From Hormiphora californensis (lineage: Eukaryota > Animalia > Ctenophora), in the NCBI GenBank assembly GCA_020137815.1, contig CM035359.1, positions 1-64,000 of the forward strand: a DNA stretch of 64,000 bases. Direction: 5' to 3'. How positions within the stretch are numbered: position 1 is the first letter of the stretch; the number at the start of each line of letters is the position of its first letter. Below, piece by piece: positions 1 through 17,700 of this stretch. Below the pieces are notes generated by a model. The model had not been told where the DNA came from. It saw nothing but the letters and a program-made list of their open reading frames with translations, and ran no database searches. Made by a program: the position numbers and the translations under genes.

Positions 1-64
1 GAGAGACAGGCTAAGTTTGCGTTAGCGAGATGAGTGAAGAGGGACAGAGAGAAGAGTGAGAGCA

Positions 65-232
<168 letters not shown>

Positions 233-988
233 AGAAGAAAGAGAAAGATAGGGATAGGAGGAGAGAGAGAGCTAATGGGACTCAGCTGAGTTTGGGAATC
301 GGGGGAGAGGACCGTTTATTGTCATGGATGTAGAGAATTGAAAAAATATACTGGTCCGGTTATTCCCGAAAGATTGAAATTCAAACAAAATTCTCCATGG
401 GTGAAGAACTGACATTTCTGTTTGAGCCAGCAAAACACAAGGAAGGATTGTCATGTCTCTGTAGTGTGGTTTTTTTGCAATGTCCGCTATATTGGGAGAG
501 GTGGGTGGGGCAGGGTGGGTGGGGGTGGGGCGGGGGGAAATATTGGACAAAAATGTAGCTTTAATTTAGTGATGAGACCAGGCCAGGCCCGAGAGACAGT
601 TCAGTGGTAACTGGGAGGTCATGCGTGATGGAAATTTGGTCACATTGATACCTGAGTGAGATCGAGGTCGCGCAGCGACCGAGATCGATCTCACATACAT
701 ATTATTCGCGGAGCGGGAATAGGATGCGATGGATCCAAGATGGAAATGAGAACTAGAGACAGATTTGAGTTGTATTTTATTGAGGAAAACAGTCCTTTTT
801 GGTGTCTGATCAGACAAGCAAAAGTGAAACGAAATGCAACGTAACGAACGAGAATTCTGCTCTGTGACTTGTTAGTGCTCCTTTATAAAACACGCAATGG
901 CAAAGTACAAAGTTTCCCAAATTTAATTTAATGCGAAATTCCAAAGTTTTGGTCGATTTTGACCAAAATTGCTACCTTAAACTAACTA

Positions 989-1161
989 CAATCGGACCCC
1001 GATTTAACGGCCTCCGATTTAGCGGCACCCCGATTTAACGGCAGCATAATCTTCCCCCGATATAAAAAATGAACCATATTTGATCCCGATTTAGCCGACA
1101 CCCCGATTTATCGGACAAAACCCTTTCCCCCCGAGGGTGCCGTTAAATCGGGGTCCGACTG
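989..1161. mobile_element. Tc1/mariner-pogo-type MITE
   Basis: TA|CAATCGGACCCCGATTTAA...TTAAATCGGGGTCCGACTG|TA terminal inverted repeats with TA duplication. Sister copy at 23101-23271; partial copies near 24959, 52795 and 55325. Confidence 0.8.
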
Positions 1162-1217
1162 TATTCAGTATTGGACTGTGCGTTGGCGGATTACGGGGGC
1201 CCGGATGAATCCTGTTT

Positions 1218-2470
1218 GGCACCGCGACCCATCTGAGTGCACTTTGAGAATCAAATGGGGTATGGCGCCGCCATACAGGATGAATCGGATGAAATCGGAT
1301 GAAACTGTCTGTCAATGGCAGGCCAACCTGAGAGGATAGGGTCAGGCCAATTAACTGCATATACGGCTACCCGTTTTGGCCCAGACGGGCTTGAGACGGA
1401 ATCAGACGAATTGAAACGAATCCAGACTTGCTCGAGACTTGGTGACATTGACACCTAGTGCGTGCGAGATCGAGGTCGCGCAGCGACCGAGATCGACCCC
1501 CGCACATAGGTGTCCGCTCCGCCCCCTAAAAAAGGGTCGTGTCTTTCAAGCCAAATTGCACTTGATCCACTGGACCGATTTGCATCCGGTTTGTCGCAAA
1601 AGACTACAAATTGGTCCTAGTTTACTGGAAAATACCCGAGAAGTTTGTCTGTCAACAGGAAGTGGGTCAAAATTGACACTGAAGTCAATTCTATAATCTG
1701 GCTTCCGAGCCTTTTTGCACCACTCCCAGACGGTGTAGAATGAATCTGAGGGTATCAGAAGATAGGTTGAACTCTTGTGAGTACTGGAAAATACCCGGCA
1801 TTAATAGCATTAGCTGATGCTAATTGCATCAACATATCTCCCAATATCTTCTAAATCGCATGGGCGTAGTGCAGAAACTCTCGGAAGCCAGATTATAGGT
1901 TTGACTTCAGTGTCAATTTTGACCCACTTCCTGTTGACAGACAAACTTCTCGGGTATTTTCCAGTATATTAGGATCATTTGTAGTCTTTTGCGACAAACC
2001 GGATGCAAATCGGTCCAGTGGATCGCGTGCAACATCCCTTGAAAGAAACGACCCTTTTTGAGGCGGAGCAGACACCTGTGTGTGAGCTCAATCTTGGTCG
2101 CGCACGATGTCTATGTCACCAAGCTCGAGACGGGTTTGGTTTCCGTCTGATTTCATACAACTCCGTCCAAACGCGAACGGGTTGTATCCATTGCAACCTA
2201 TTCTCGCTTCGCGAGATAATATGTGACTGTGAGACTGAGATCGATCTCAGTCGCGCGCGACGTCGATCTCACTCAGGTATCAATGTGGCCAACCAAACGG
2301 GTAGATATATTTTAATTTACCCGTTTGGTTGACGTGCGTCTGAAGCCAATATATTTACATACTGGCTTCAGACGCGACGCACGTCTCAAACCCGTCTGAC
2401 TCCTGTAGGCTGTTATATGGCGGCGCCATACCCCGACAGTGCGCTCAGATGGGTTCGGCGGCGCCAGACA
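1218..2470. mobile_element. Foldback non-autonomous DNA element
   Basis: Nested inverted repeats (about 1570-1696 vs 1894-2022; 1218-1280 vs 2410-2465). Related motifs at 637-695, 2245-2293 and 45872-45934. Confidence 0.55.
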
Positions 2471-2912
2471 GTCTGACTCCGTCTAGACGCCATCTGGAGC
2501 AAAACCCGTCTACTAGAAGACGCCTGCGGGACCAGCTTACAAAAATGAACCCTGGCATGTTTTGTTACTCAACATGAAGGTATGTTATGAGTAGGTTTGC
2601 CCTGCGCTGCCTGCCCGCGAGTTGATTTTTTATTGGCGCCACCGTCAAACAGGCCCTGGCACAATTAGGCACAATTAAGAACCAGGAATTTCCTTGCCAG
2701 TTCCGACCAACGCCACCAGAGTTAGGGCAAACCTAAATAGACAACTACTAAACACGATATTTTTCAATCATTTGAAAATGGTAGAATATAACACTACACA
2801 CAAGATGAATTAACGAAGACCAGCTTCAAAATATACTCTCTCTTACTTCACATTGTACCATAACCATACTCTCTCTCTCAAGAAAAACACACAGAAATAT
2901 TGTACACGGTTC

Positions 2913-3250
2913 CCAATTGAGGGAGTGATTATATAATCAATTAACCAATTGAGGGAGTGATTATATAATCAATTAACCAATTAACCAATTGAGGGAGTGA
3001 TTATATAATCAATTAACCAATTGAGGGAGTGATTATATAATCAATTAACCAATTGAGGGAGTGATTATATAATCAATTAACCAATTAACCAATTGAGGGA
3101 GTGATTATATAATCAATTAACCAATTAACCAATTGAGGGAGTGATTATATAATCAATTAACCAATTAACCAATTGAGGGAGTGATTATATAATCAATTAA
3201 CCAATTGAGGGAGTGATTATATAATCAATTAACCAATTAACCAATTGAGG
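2913..3250. repeat. 32/40-bp minisatellite downstream of the V-ATPase A stop
   Basis: Unit CCAATTGAGGGAGTGATTATATAATCAATTAA, with an optional extra CCAATTAA; contains the palindrome TGATTATATAATCA. Confidence 0.95.
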
Positions 3251-3369
3251 AACGTGACAGAGCAGTCTAGAAAAATTATATAATAGAAACCAAGCTCTTA
3301 AAAGTAGTTAATTGTCCTCAAAGTGTTTCTATTATCTCTCTCTCTTTCTCCCAAAAAAAAAAGAATAAT

Positions 3370-8630
<5,261 letters not shown>

Positions 8631-9348
8631 AATGCACCTAGCTACTGGAGATAGAAACATTTTTAGTTATAGAATCTAGTTATGTACTATAGATATGGCC
8701 ATCCATTGATTGAGAAATATTAATATTTTTCCCAGCCCGGGTGAAGGCCGAAGGGTGATGGGAAAAAAATCCCCCTAAACTAAGCTTGTTCTAACCCTCC
8801 TTTCATCTTTCAATGTGTAATAGTATGTATAAAGGAAGGGCGGAGCTCGCGAAAAGAGGGTCGAGCTAGGCAAAGACTATCATGATTTCCAATATCGTAG
8901 AACGCTAAAACTTGGCACAGTTACTCTATGCTATGGGACAAATAAATAGGTTGACCAAGATTTGAGACTTTTAGCTCAAAGCTCATTTTAGTAACTGGAA
9001 TGAACTTTGTCTTATCTCTCAAACGAAATTTCGATTCATTTCAGAAGTTAGCCAAATGGTTTTTGCTGTCGATTTTCTTTAAAATGCAACCAAGAAAACT
9101 CAAATCAGACAACCAAAAGGGCAAAGGCACAAAGTGGGCATGTTTCTCGCTCGTCAGGTCATGTGATCCCCACTAAATCCCCACTAAATCGTGGACTACT
9201 CTGAATTGCTAATCAGACTTGGTGGAGAAGAATCAATCACTCACAAGTCACAGCCGCTAATAAGGAATGTATCCGACATCGAAAAAGTGACACGTGATTC
9301 GAGAGCAATTGGATAAACAGGCCATGGTCATAAATCTGATTCTCCTAT

Positions 9349-9594
9349 TAAAGAGAAACAACGATTTTGCAGTACTAATATTCAATTAAGAACAGGAGCT
9401 TTCGACTGATCTATGTCAGACGTCTTCAGCTAAAGAGAAACAACGATTTTGCAGTACTAATATTCAATTAAGAACAGGAGCTTTCGACTGATCTATGTCA
9501 GACGTCTTCAGCTAAAGAGAAACAACGATTTTGCAGTTCTAATATTCAATTAAGAACAGGAGCTTTCGACTGATCTATGTCAGACGTCTTCAGC
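9349..9594. repeat. 82-bp unit, three tandem copies
   Basis: Near-identical units start at 9349, 9431 and 9513. Confidence 0.95.
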
Positions 9595-11095
9595 TATGAT
9601 TCTCCTGGCTGGGTGTTCGTTGATCGCCGAATAAGCAAAAAAAAATGAGTTTATTTAAAAGCCCATATAATTGAAGAGCATGTTCTTTCAGAGTGGAGGA
9701 ACAAATTCCGAGGAGATCAGGTCTTGGAGAAAATCTACAGAAACCAGGGCGCTAGGAGGAGTGAGGAGGGTGGCACCAGTCCTTTCTGTTCTGTAGGATT
9801 TTATTATGCCTATAAGTTGTACCTGAAAACTTATAACACGAGACCGAAGGTCGAGTGTTATAAGTACAACAATAATGATCCGAGACCACAGGTCGAGGCA
9901 GATTCTTGTACTTTAGTGCACGAGCCTGCGAGTGCCACTAAGTCTAACTACCTCACGAGCCTGCGAGTGATGTAGTTTTACTTTTTGACCGAGCCTGCGA
10001 GGTCTAAAAGTGTAAGAATCTGGGACATTATTGTTGACGTCAGGTACAACGAAAATAGGCATAATAAAATTGCATTGTAAAATTTTCAAAACAAGAGTGA
10101 GAGACACTTTAGGGCGTAACAATAGAACGAATTCATGATAAGTAGTAGCAGGCAGTATAAGATAAGATAACGCCTGAGATAGGTAAAGAGAGTGAGAGAT
10201 TAGTGAGAGTGAGAGAGATAAAGAATGTGTGGGTCCGGGAGTTCGTAACTGTTATCTTGATCTCGGTGCTGCAACGGCGTGAGAGTGTGACATAAAGAAA
10301 GAGAGAGAGGGAGGGAGTTCGTACACGCTTATCTTTCCAACGGTTTTTAAGTGTGACAGAAACAGTGGAGCAAGGAGTTCTAAGTGCAGCAGTGTTATAA
10401 GTTTTCATGTATCACTGGGGGGTGTTATAAGTGAAAACTTATAACACTGGGGGGTGTTATAAGTGAAAACTTATAACACTGGGGGGTGTTATAAGTTGTA
10501 CAAGCAGTGCTACCTAAAGAATTATATTATATCTCAAAATTTTACAATGGTATCGTGTATCATTACACGAGTGGCATTCAGCGGGGACTAGAAGTAGATT
10601 GGGACGGTGGTAAGTGTATGTTTAATTCCTCTTCATCACATTCACTGTTCCGTCTTGTAGCTGCACAGGTATGACGTATGTATATAATATAATATAATAT
10701 ATATACATTTGATATACCGCTTTTATGCGTTATAAATGGAGGAAACAACTAAAGAACCTAATGGCTAGTGTTGTATGAACATCTCTCCACCGCGACTAAA
10801 GCGGTGTGTTCAGCACCTCCCGTCATTCCTCCCACTTGGCTGTCCAATATCGGCCAACAACAGACCTCTCTTTGGAACTCGCCACAGGTCCCCACACAAA
10901 TAGGACAAGTGACGGTGTTATCCAGCTCGATTCCAGGCTCACCTGGAAGACCACGCAACAGCTGTGTCAGCTACTCCCTCCTTACCGGATGCCCTGGATA
11001 TTGTTCCAACATTTGTTTTTTAGCAACATGAATGTTTAACTAGACCATTGGGGAGTTTCAGTAAATGCAGATGAAGTAAAGGAGGGAGTCAATCT

Positions 11096-11930
11096 TTGGC
11101 ATACGTTGCAGGCCCCTTATAATATAATATAAGGGGCCTGGAGGGAATACCGCGCTAGGGGGGAATACATAATCAATCATATCTCCGGTTCCAGATAAGG
11201 TACAGAAATCGTTTTGGTAGCGTTGGAAAGAGGAAGATAACAGCTTTCAAATGCAACCGGTTTCAGGTCTCTATCTTATCAGCAACAGGAGATATGAACC
11301 AAACTCCGCAAAATCGAGTGCGGTAAAATCAAAATTTGAATGAAATTTTAAAAAAGGTGTCCCTGCAAGAATCTGTGACGTCACTTTTTGAAAACAACCC
11401 ATCTTTCAACGGCTAATGTCCATTTTTTTTCAACTGTTCACCCCCCAAAGTCGTGCGCGGAATTGTTTTGCGCGTTTATCACATGTTAACGTGTAGCGCG
11501 CGCAGCGTAAATTAAAATATCGCACGCGCACGAGTTGAGGGGTGAACAGTTGAATAAAAATGGACTTTATTGCTCAGCCTCCTTAAGTCCAATTAACTTC
11601 TCTCAAAAACAGCAAGGTAGATAATCTTCAGATCTAACAACTGGTGAAAGAATCAAGTCAAACGGACTTCAGGAGCCAAAGTTATAAGCACCGCCGTTTT
11701 TTCGACCGCAAAGTTATCTTCGACCCAGCCGGGATCAGGCCAAACGCGCGCGCGGCATTCCCTCCAGTCCCCTCGTTGCGGGGGTGCGCGCATGAGGGGG
11801 CTGCAGCGCATTCCAAAGTCAATCTAAAATCGGAGGCTACAGCAGTCAAAAAGTTGGCATACGTTGCAGGCCCCTTATAATATAATATAAGGGGGTGCGC
11901 GCATGAGGGGGCTGCAGCGCATTCCAAGTC
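11096..11930. mobile_element. Unclassified repeat element with direct repeats and internal hairpins
   Basis: TTGGCATACGTTGCAGGCCCCTTATAATATAATATAAGGGG at 11096 and 11854; 11780-11820 is repeated at 11892-11930. Confidence 0.45.
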
Positions 11931-12659
11931 AAAAAGGCACTGAAAACCCAAAATAAAGTGTGAGCGAAACAACAACGAACTGGCTGCGCGTTCCGCAACG
12001 TTGCGCATGTGAATCTCTCCGGTGAGATCGTTATGCGCAACGAATGCGCGACGCGCAGCCAGTTCGTTGTTGTTTCGCTTTCACTTTAAAGCGAGTTTTT
12101 TTTTAAAACAGACCAAAATTCTGAAAACTTTTTTTTAAATCTGATCTGCCTCTTGTTGTTCAGCGGCGCCGCGCGGGAAATTAAAAGGAACGCGCGAACA
12201 ATTTTTAAATTACGCCGCATCATTTTTGGAAACAAACAAAATAAAAAAGTGGATAATTTTCAAATCGATTTTTGCTCTTTTTTAATTTTTTTTGGAAACA
12301 AACAAAATAAAAAAGTGGATAATTTTCAAATCGATTTTTTGCTCTTTTTTAATTTAAAAAAAAAGGTTAAACTTCTCTGTTATACCGTATGCGTTGTATC
12401 GCCAAGCACTCTTTTCCGGACCCCTGACATCAGCACTCAATCATGACTTGGCACTCCACTTCCTTGTATTGCAGTTTTGACTTTTGTCCTCTGCGCCCCG
12501 TGGCCACCCCGGTCGCTGACTCACTGCTCACTGCCCACATCTCATAAGTTCATATTCATTTTCATAACCGCTAATCTTTTTGTCATTACCGCTAATCTTT
12601 TTGGATATTCATTTCTATATTTATTTAACCAACAATTCCAATTTTTGCAGCTGGAGAAG

Positions 12660-13406
12660 ATGACAACTGCAACGAAATTGTTCCACTTTTTTGCTGGTCT
12701 CTACCATCTCTACTTTATCAGCTATGCCACCATTCATGAAATAGCCCACCCTAATTACGTTTCCTTCGCTGGACGATGGAAAACCCTGACATTTCTGTCA
12801 TGTATGATCAACTGCTGGTACTTCCTTGCGGTGTTCTGCCACGACTTTGTCTTATCATTCGTGCTACCTGAGAGCATCAACAAGAAAATCAAGAAAGTTC
12901 TCGACGGATTATTTGACGGGATTGTGTGTCCTGCAGCTATCTTGGTAGTAGTCGCATTCTGGGGATTATTTTACTTCTACAACAGAGCAGCTATCTGGCC
13001 ACTGAAGATGGATGCTATCATCCCGCCTCTCTACAACCACATGATGCACACCCTCCTTGCTCCCATTGCGCTGATTGAGCTGGTCCTATATCGTCACCAT
13101 TACCTATCCCTCGGAGGAGGACTGTTCCTCTGTACTGCCTACACCGGGGGCTATGTCGCCTGGCTGCATGTTGTCCGGAATATCGGTGGAATTTGGGCTT
13201 ACCCCATCTTCTACAAGCTTGATTTCAATGGAAGGGTAAAGTTTATCGGTGTCATCGTGGCAGCAATGTATGTGATCTTCTTTGCCCAGCACTTCCTGCA
13301 TCAATTGGTACATGGTGGAGAAGTTGAGGAGACCCCGAGCAGAAAGCAGATACAAACTGGAAAAGTTACTAAAGGAAAGAAAGGAAAATCCAGGAAAGCA
13401 GACTAA
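12660..13406 (+). CDS. AIG1/ADTRP (FAR-17a) family multipass membrane hydrolase, paralog 1
   Basis: Intronless 248-aa ORF from ATG 12660 (preceded by TTTTGCAG); about 6 hydrophobic helices; motifs GRWKTLTF, NHMMHT and WAYP. Confidence 0.9.
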   Translation: MTTATKLFHFFAGLYHLYFISYATIHEIAHPNYVSFAGRWKTLTFLSCMINCWYFLAVFCHDFVLSFVLPESINKKIKKVLDGLFDGIVCPAAILVVVAFWGLFYFYNRAAIWPLKMDAIIPPLYNHMMHTLLAPIALIELVLYRHHYLSLGGGLFLCTAYTGGYVAWLHVVRNIGGIWAYPIFYKLDFNGRVKFIGVIVAAMYVIFFAQHFLHQLVHGGEVEETPSRKQIQTGKVTKGKKGKSRKAD

Positions 13407-13734
13407 ATACTGGTGAAAACTTTTTGGTTGGTCTATATTTTTACATTCTAAACTGTTAAGTAACTTGAACTATCTTACTACATAATTGCTAACATCGAGT
13501 GAGTTTTTTTGTGACAAGATTTTGTTTTTTGGAAGGGTTTAAACTTGCTTTGACATTTGATACTTGATTTATTCCTATTATATTATTATGACTTTATTTG
13601 CTTTAATTTTTGTGTCTCATTTATGACTTGCCTTGCTCGACCCTGATTCGCCCCCTCCCCTCCCAAAGGGTTTGAACAAAACAATATAATACCTAATTTC
13701 CAGACCTACACAACATTCTTCTTCTCTAGGGTAA

Positions 13735-14454
13735 ATGGGTGTGGTTACTAAGTTGTTCCACTTTTTGGCGGGAATTTACCATGTCTACTTCCTGCTCTAT
13801 CCCACAATCAACCAACTAAAAAGCCTTCCTACTGCATCTACTTTTGGTGGTAAATGGAAATACCTCACTTTCATAACGAACATGATCAACTGTTGGTATT
13901 TCATCACCGTTTTCTGCCAAGATTTCATCTTCTTCTTCGTTTTGAGCGAGGAACGCAACAAGAAAATCAAACGGACTCTAGATGCCTTGTTTGGTGGTAT
14001 AGTGTGTCCAGCAGCCATTGTGGTTGGTACCGCATTCTGGGGGATATACCACACCAAGAAAGCTGCCATCTGGTCTGATAAATTGGATGAACTAATACCC
14101 CCGATGTACAATCACATGATGCATACCTTCCTCATCCCAATCGCGCTGATTGAGCTGATCCTATACCGACACGATTATCTCAACGTTAAAGGAGGACTAA
14201 TGCTCTGTACCTCCTACACAGTAGGCTACATTATCTGGCTGCACGTGGTGAAGTATGTGGGTGGTGTTTGGGCCTACCCCATCTTCAACATGTTAAATTC
14301 TCGTGGTCAGGCTATTTTTCTGGGGATCATGGTCATAGCAATGTATATGATATTCTTCCTTCAGCATTTCTTACATCATTTGGTACATGGTCAGTTGATT
14401 GTCACCAATACAGCTAGTAAGGGGAAGAGGGCTAAAACTAGGAAAGTCGAGTAA
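13735..14454 (+). CDS. AIG1/ADTRP (FAR-17a) family hydrolase, paralog 2
   Basis: 239 aa; FGGKWKYLTF, NHMMHT and WAYP motifs; colinear with the upstream paralog. Confidence 0.9.
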   Translation: MGVVTKLFHFLAGIYHVYFLLYPTINQLKSLPTASTFGGKWKYLTFITNMINCWYFITVFCQDFIFFFVLSEERNKKIKRTLDALFGGIVCPAAIVVGTAFWGIYHTKKAAIWSDKLDELIPPMYNHMMHTFLIPIALIELILYRHDYLNVKGGLMLCTSYTVGYIIWLHVVKYVGGVWAYPIFNMLNSRGQAIFLGIMVIAMYMIFFLQHFLHHLVHGQLIVTNTASKGKRAKTRKVE

Positions 14455-14775
14455 TCGCGACAACGCAAGATATGTTACTGTTGCAATGTTACTGTTAATT
14501 GATACAGCTTTTATTATACAGTGTTTAGTACATAATATAGTGTTTAGTGCGTTTATACGGATAGATTTATTGATACCGCCTGTGATTTTGATTTTTTCTG
14601 TTATCTCTGGAAATTTATGTTTTGTGTTTTTATAAGGGAGATGTTTCGAAATTGTGTTTTTAATTGTTTAAAATGATCTATACAGCTGCAACCCTATTGT
14701 ACATCCAAAGAACCTAGTCTACCCAAAACTTCCCAAAACCCCTCAAAACTACCCCATTGTACCTTTTATCACAGT

Positions 14776-17700
14776 ATGGGGGATGTTAACGAGAAGCATA
14801 TTCGGAGCGTTCTAAACCAACAGCTCATTGCCACTGGTGAAAAGGAGAAACTTCTGGATCTTCTCAAGGTCAAACTCATCGAGTGTGGCTGGCGGAATGA
14901 GGTACGTCATAAGCATTTGTGACATCATCAAAATTGGGGGGGGGGGGGTTCAACCCAAAAAATTTCCATTGATACCCACTTTTTTGGCAAATGGAAATTT
15001 TATATTGGAAATTTTTAGAAATTTTTAGAATTTTTTGGAAATTTTTAGAAATTTTTAGAATTTTTTGGAAATTTTTAGAAATTTTTAGAAATTTTTAGAA
15101 ATTTTTAGAAATTTATGGACAATGGAAATTTTTAGAAGTTTTTAGTAAATGGAAATTTTTAGAAGTTTTTAGAAATTTTTAGAAATTTTTAGGATTTTTT
15201 AGAAGTTTTTAGAAATTTTTAGAAGTTTGTCGGTAACCCAATTCCAAGCTAATGACAGGTAATCTTTGCATGTTTTCGACAGTAAGTTAGTTATCCACGC
15301 TACATCCATGATCTACAGTGATCTAGCTTAAAAAAGAGTTTAAAGTTTCTATATTGTATGCTAAGAAACCTGATCTACTACGGTATTAGGCATTCCGTCT
15401 GAAGGAATGTAAGGTATCTTGTGCTATTTGGTAACTTACTTTTCAATAAGTTTTCGAGACGCCCTTAGTTGGCCTTAGTTGGCCAATGAATCTATGATTT
15501 CTGAAGACCAATTAGCAATCCCGGATACTCAACGATTCGGTGAGGATCACATGACCTGACTAACTTTAAGAAACATGACACTGTATCTCTTGTGGTGGTC
15601 CAATTTAACTGATCTCGGTCACATTGAAAAGCTAATCGATAGCCAAACATAATTGGTTAAATTTTGGACCGGAAAATATTTTTTTCTGGAATGAATGACC
15701 ATGTTCATTCCGATCAAAAAAATGAATTTTGAGCTAGAGGTCTGAAATTTTGGTCAAGTTATTTATTTGTCTCATAGAGTAGCTGTACCAAATTTTAGCA
15801 CTCCGCGATATCTAGAACTATGGTAGACTTAGGGGGGATTTTTTATTGCCCCACACTGTATAATTAAATGATTTATTGATGCCCACTGGCATTGCCCAGT
15901 GCTCGCAAGAGGTAAGGAAAAGGAACCAGTTCTGAGACAACTGCGTTTGTATATTTTCAAGTTTTTGTTAATTTTTCTTTTCTTGGTCAATGGAAATTTT
16001 TGGAAATTTTTGGAAATTTTTAGAAATTTTTGGAAGTTTTTAGTACTAAAAACTTCTAAAAACTTCTAAAAAATTCTAAAAATTTCTAAAAATTTCCATC
16101 GATACCCGGATTTTGGCAAATGGAAATGGAAATTTTTAGGTTGAACCCCCCCCCCAAAATTTGTTTCTGGCCAAACTAGAATTTGCATTTTGTAATCTAG
16201 CCAAACTTAAATGTGTAATCCATGTTTCAGATGAAACAGCATTGCCGAGAGGCTCTCAGACGAAATAAGGCCAAAGCCAATGTCGAGGAACTAATCGAGG
16301 AACTGACCCCTAAAGCACGTGCAAGGTAGTATTATATTGGTGATCTGGCCCATGATATTAGTTCACGGAGCTAAACCTTTCTGAAACATAGATCTTCGAT
16401 TCTTAGGAGTAATTAATTAAAATTAAAATTTTCAAACTTATAAGATTCAATGAGATTTCCATCGTTCAATACAGACATCGTTGTTATCATAGTTATAGAA
16501 AGTTAAGCGTTATTTTTTGAAAAATAAAAATGAGAGGTTTCTTCAAATAATACTGTCTTCGCCCAACAAACGCTTCTAAAATAGTCATACAGATTCCGAT
16601 CTTATCTCGGGCACAGAAGTTTCCGTTGCAAAAAATGGTTGTCTGGAGCTATTATACCGCCTTGCTGAAATTCGGGTGAGTTGTTGTTGCACACAGCATC
16701 CGCCTCCTTCTCCGGATAAGATAACGACTGGGTTTACCACCGAGTTGAGTGAAATTATAAAGGGCCACGCCTTGGCACACGAGACGTAGAGATGGAATGT
16801 CCCCGGAAAGAGGTAGAATAATGGAACAATGAATCCGAAGCTGTTAGTAATTAAAAACAGTATGGCGATAATCAGGATAATTACGGTAGCTTTCCGTTTA
16901 GCTCTCTCCGTTTCACTCACAAAACTGCCCCTCCGGAGACTAACACAAGTCCAGATGGTGATGATGAGAATCACCACTAGATTGATCCCCGAAAGCACGA
17001 TGAGAGCGTAGACATATTTGAGGAAAGTTAGCCAGGAGAAAATGGTAGTTCCTGCGGTAACTAATAAGGAGACGACCCACAGTATTCGCTGATTTATCCT
17101 GTAGAAGGGTGTGGAAACCACGATTAGCCGAGTAGCGCTGATCACACATGTCCATACAGCTGAAGCTTGATTGGCATACAGCACATAGTTCATACACGAT
17201 TGATGTTCATCGCCACGACAAAACCCTGCCGGTTCGAACACCATAAGCAGACAGGTTATTATGTCGATTAGCCCGAGAACCACGTAGAGTCTGGAAGCAA
17301 GTCCGTTCGTTTTCCAGCGATATCCAACGGCCGCAATATTGGCGATGAATCCCAAAACACCAAATATGGCAATGGCAATCTTTTCTTCGTGCGTGTATTC
17401 AAGGGACATATTTTCTAGGGCGTGGGAATACATGTGGATTAGTTGTAGAGGAAATATATAATACAAACATCGATATTGCATACTAACTGCTGTTATATAT
17501 GAATGTTATGGAAATGCTAGCTACAAACAACAATTACGCATCTACAGAATATAGATATTAGTGAGAATTAGTATGGGAATCCAATATTATATATAGATAG
17601 TGCCAATGTGATACCAATGCCAGCAATAGTTTCTTGATCTGAAAAGGGGCGTGTACTATGTTCATCGTTTTTACTGTGTATCTGTCTAACAAAGGCAGCG

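Noticed and set aside
2913-3250. CRISPR-like appearance of 32-bp palindromic repeats (also 9349-9594 and 41090-43020)
   Set aside because: No unique spacers, no cas genes, and a eukaryotic context; these are plain tandem repeats.
10758-11039. Overlapping short ORFs with coding-like composition and possible splice sites
   Set aside because: No recognisable motif, and I could not chain them into a consistent gene.
12477-12659. 61-aa N-terminal extension of AIG1 paralog 1 from a TTG start
   Set aside because: Reads as branch point, pyrimidine tract and acceptor; the paralog begins at the position equivalent to ATG 12660.
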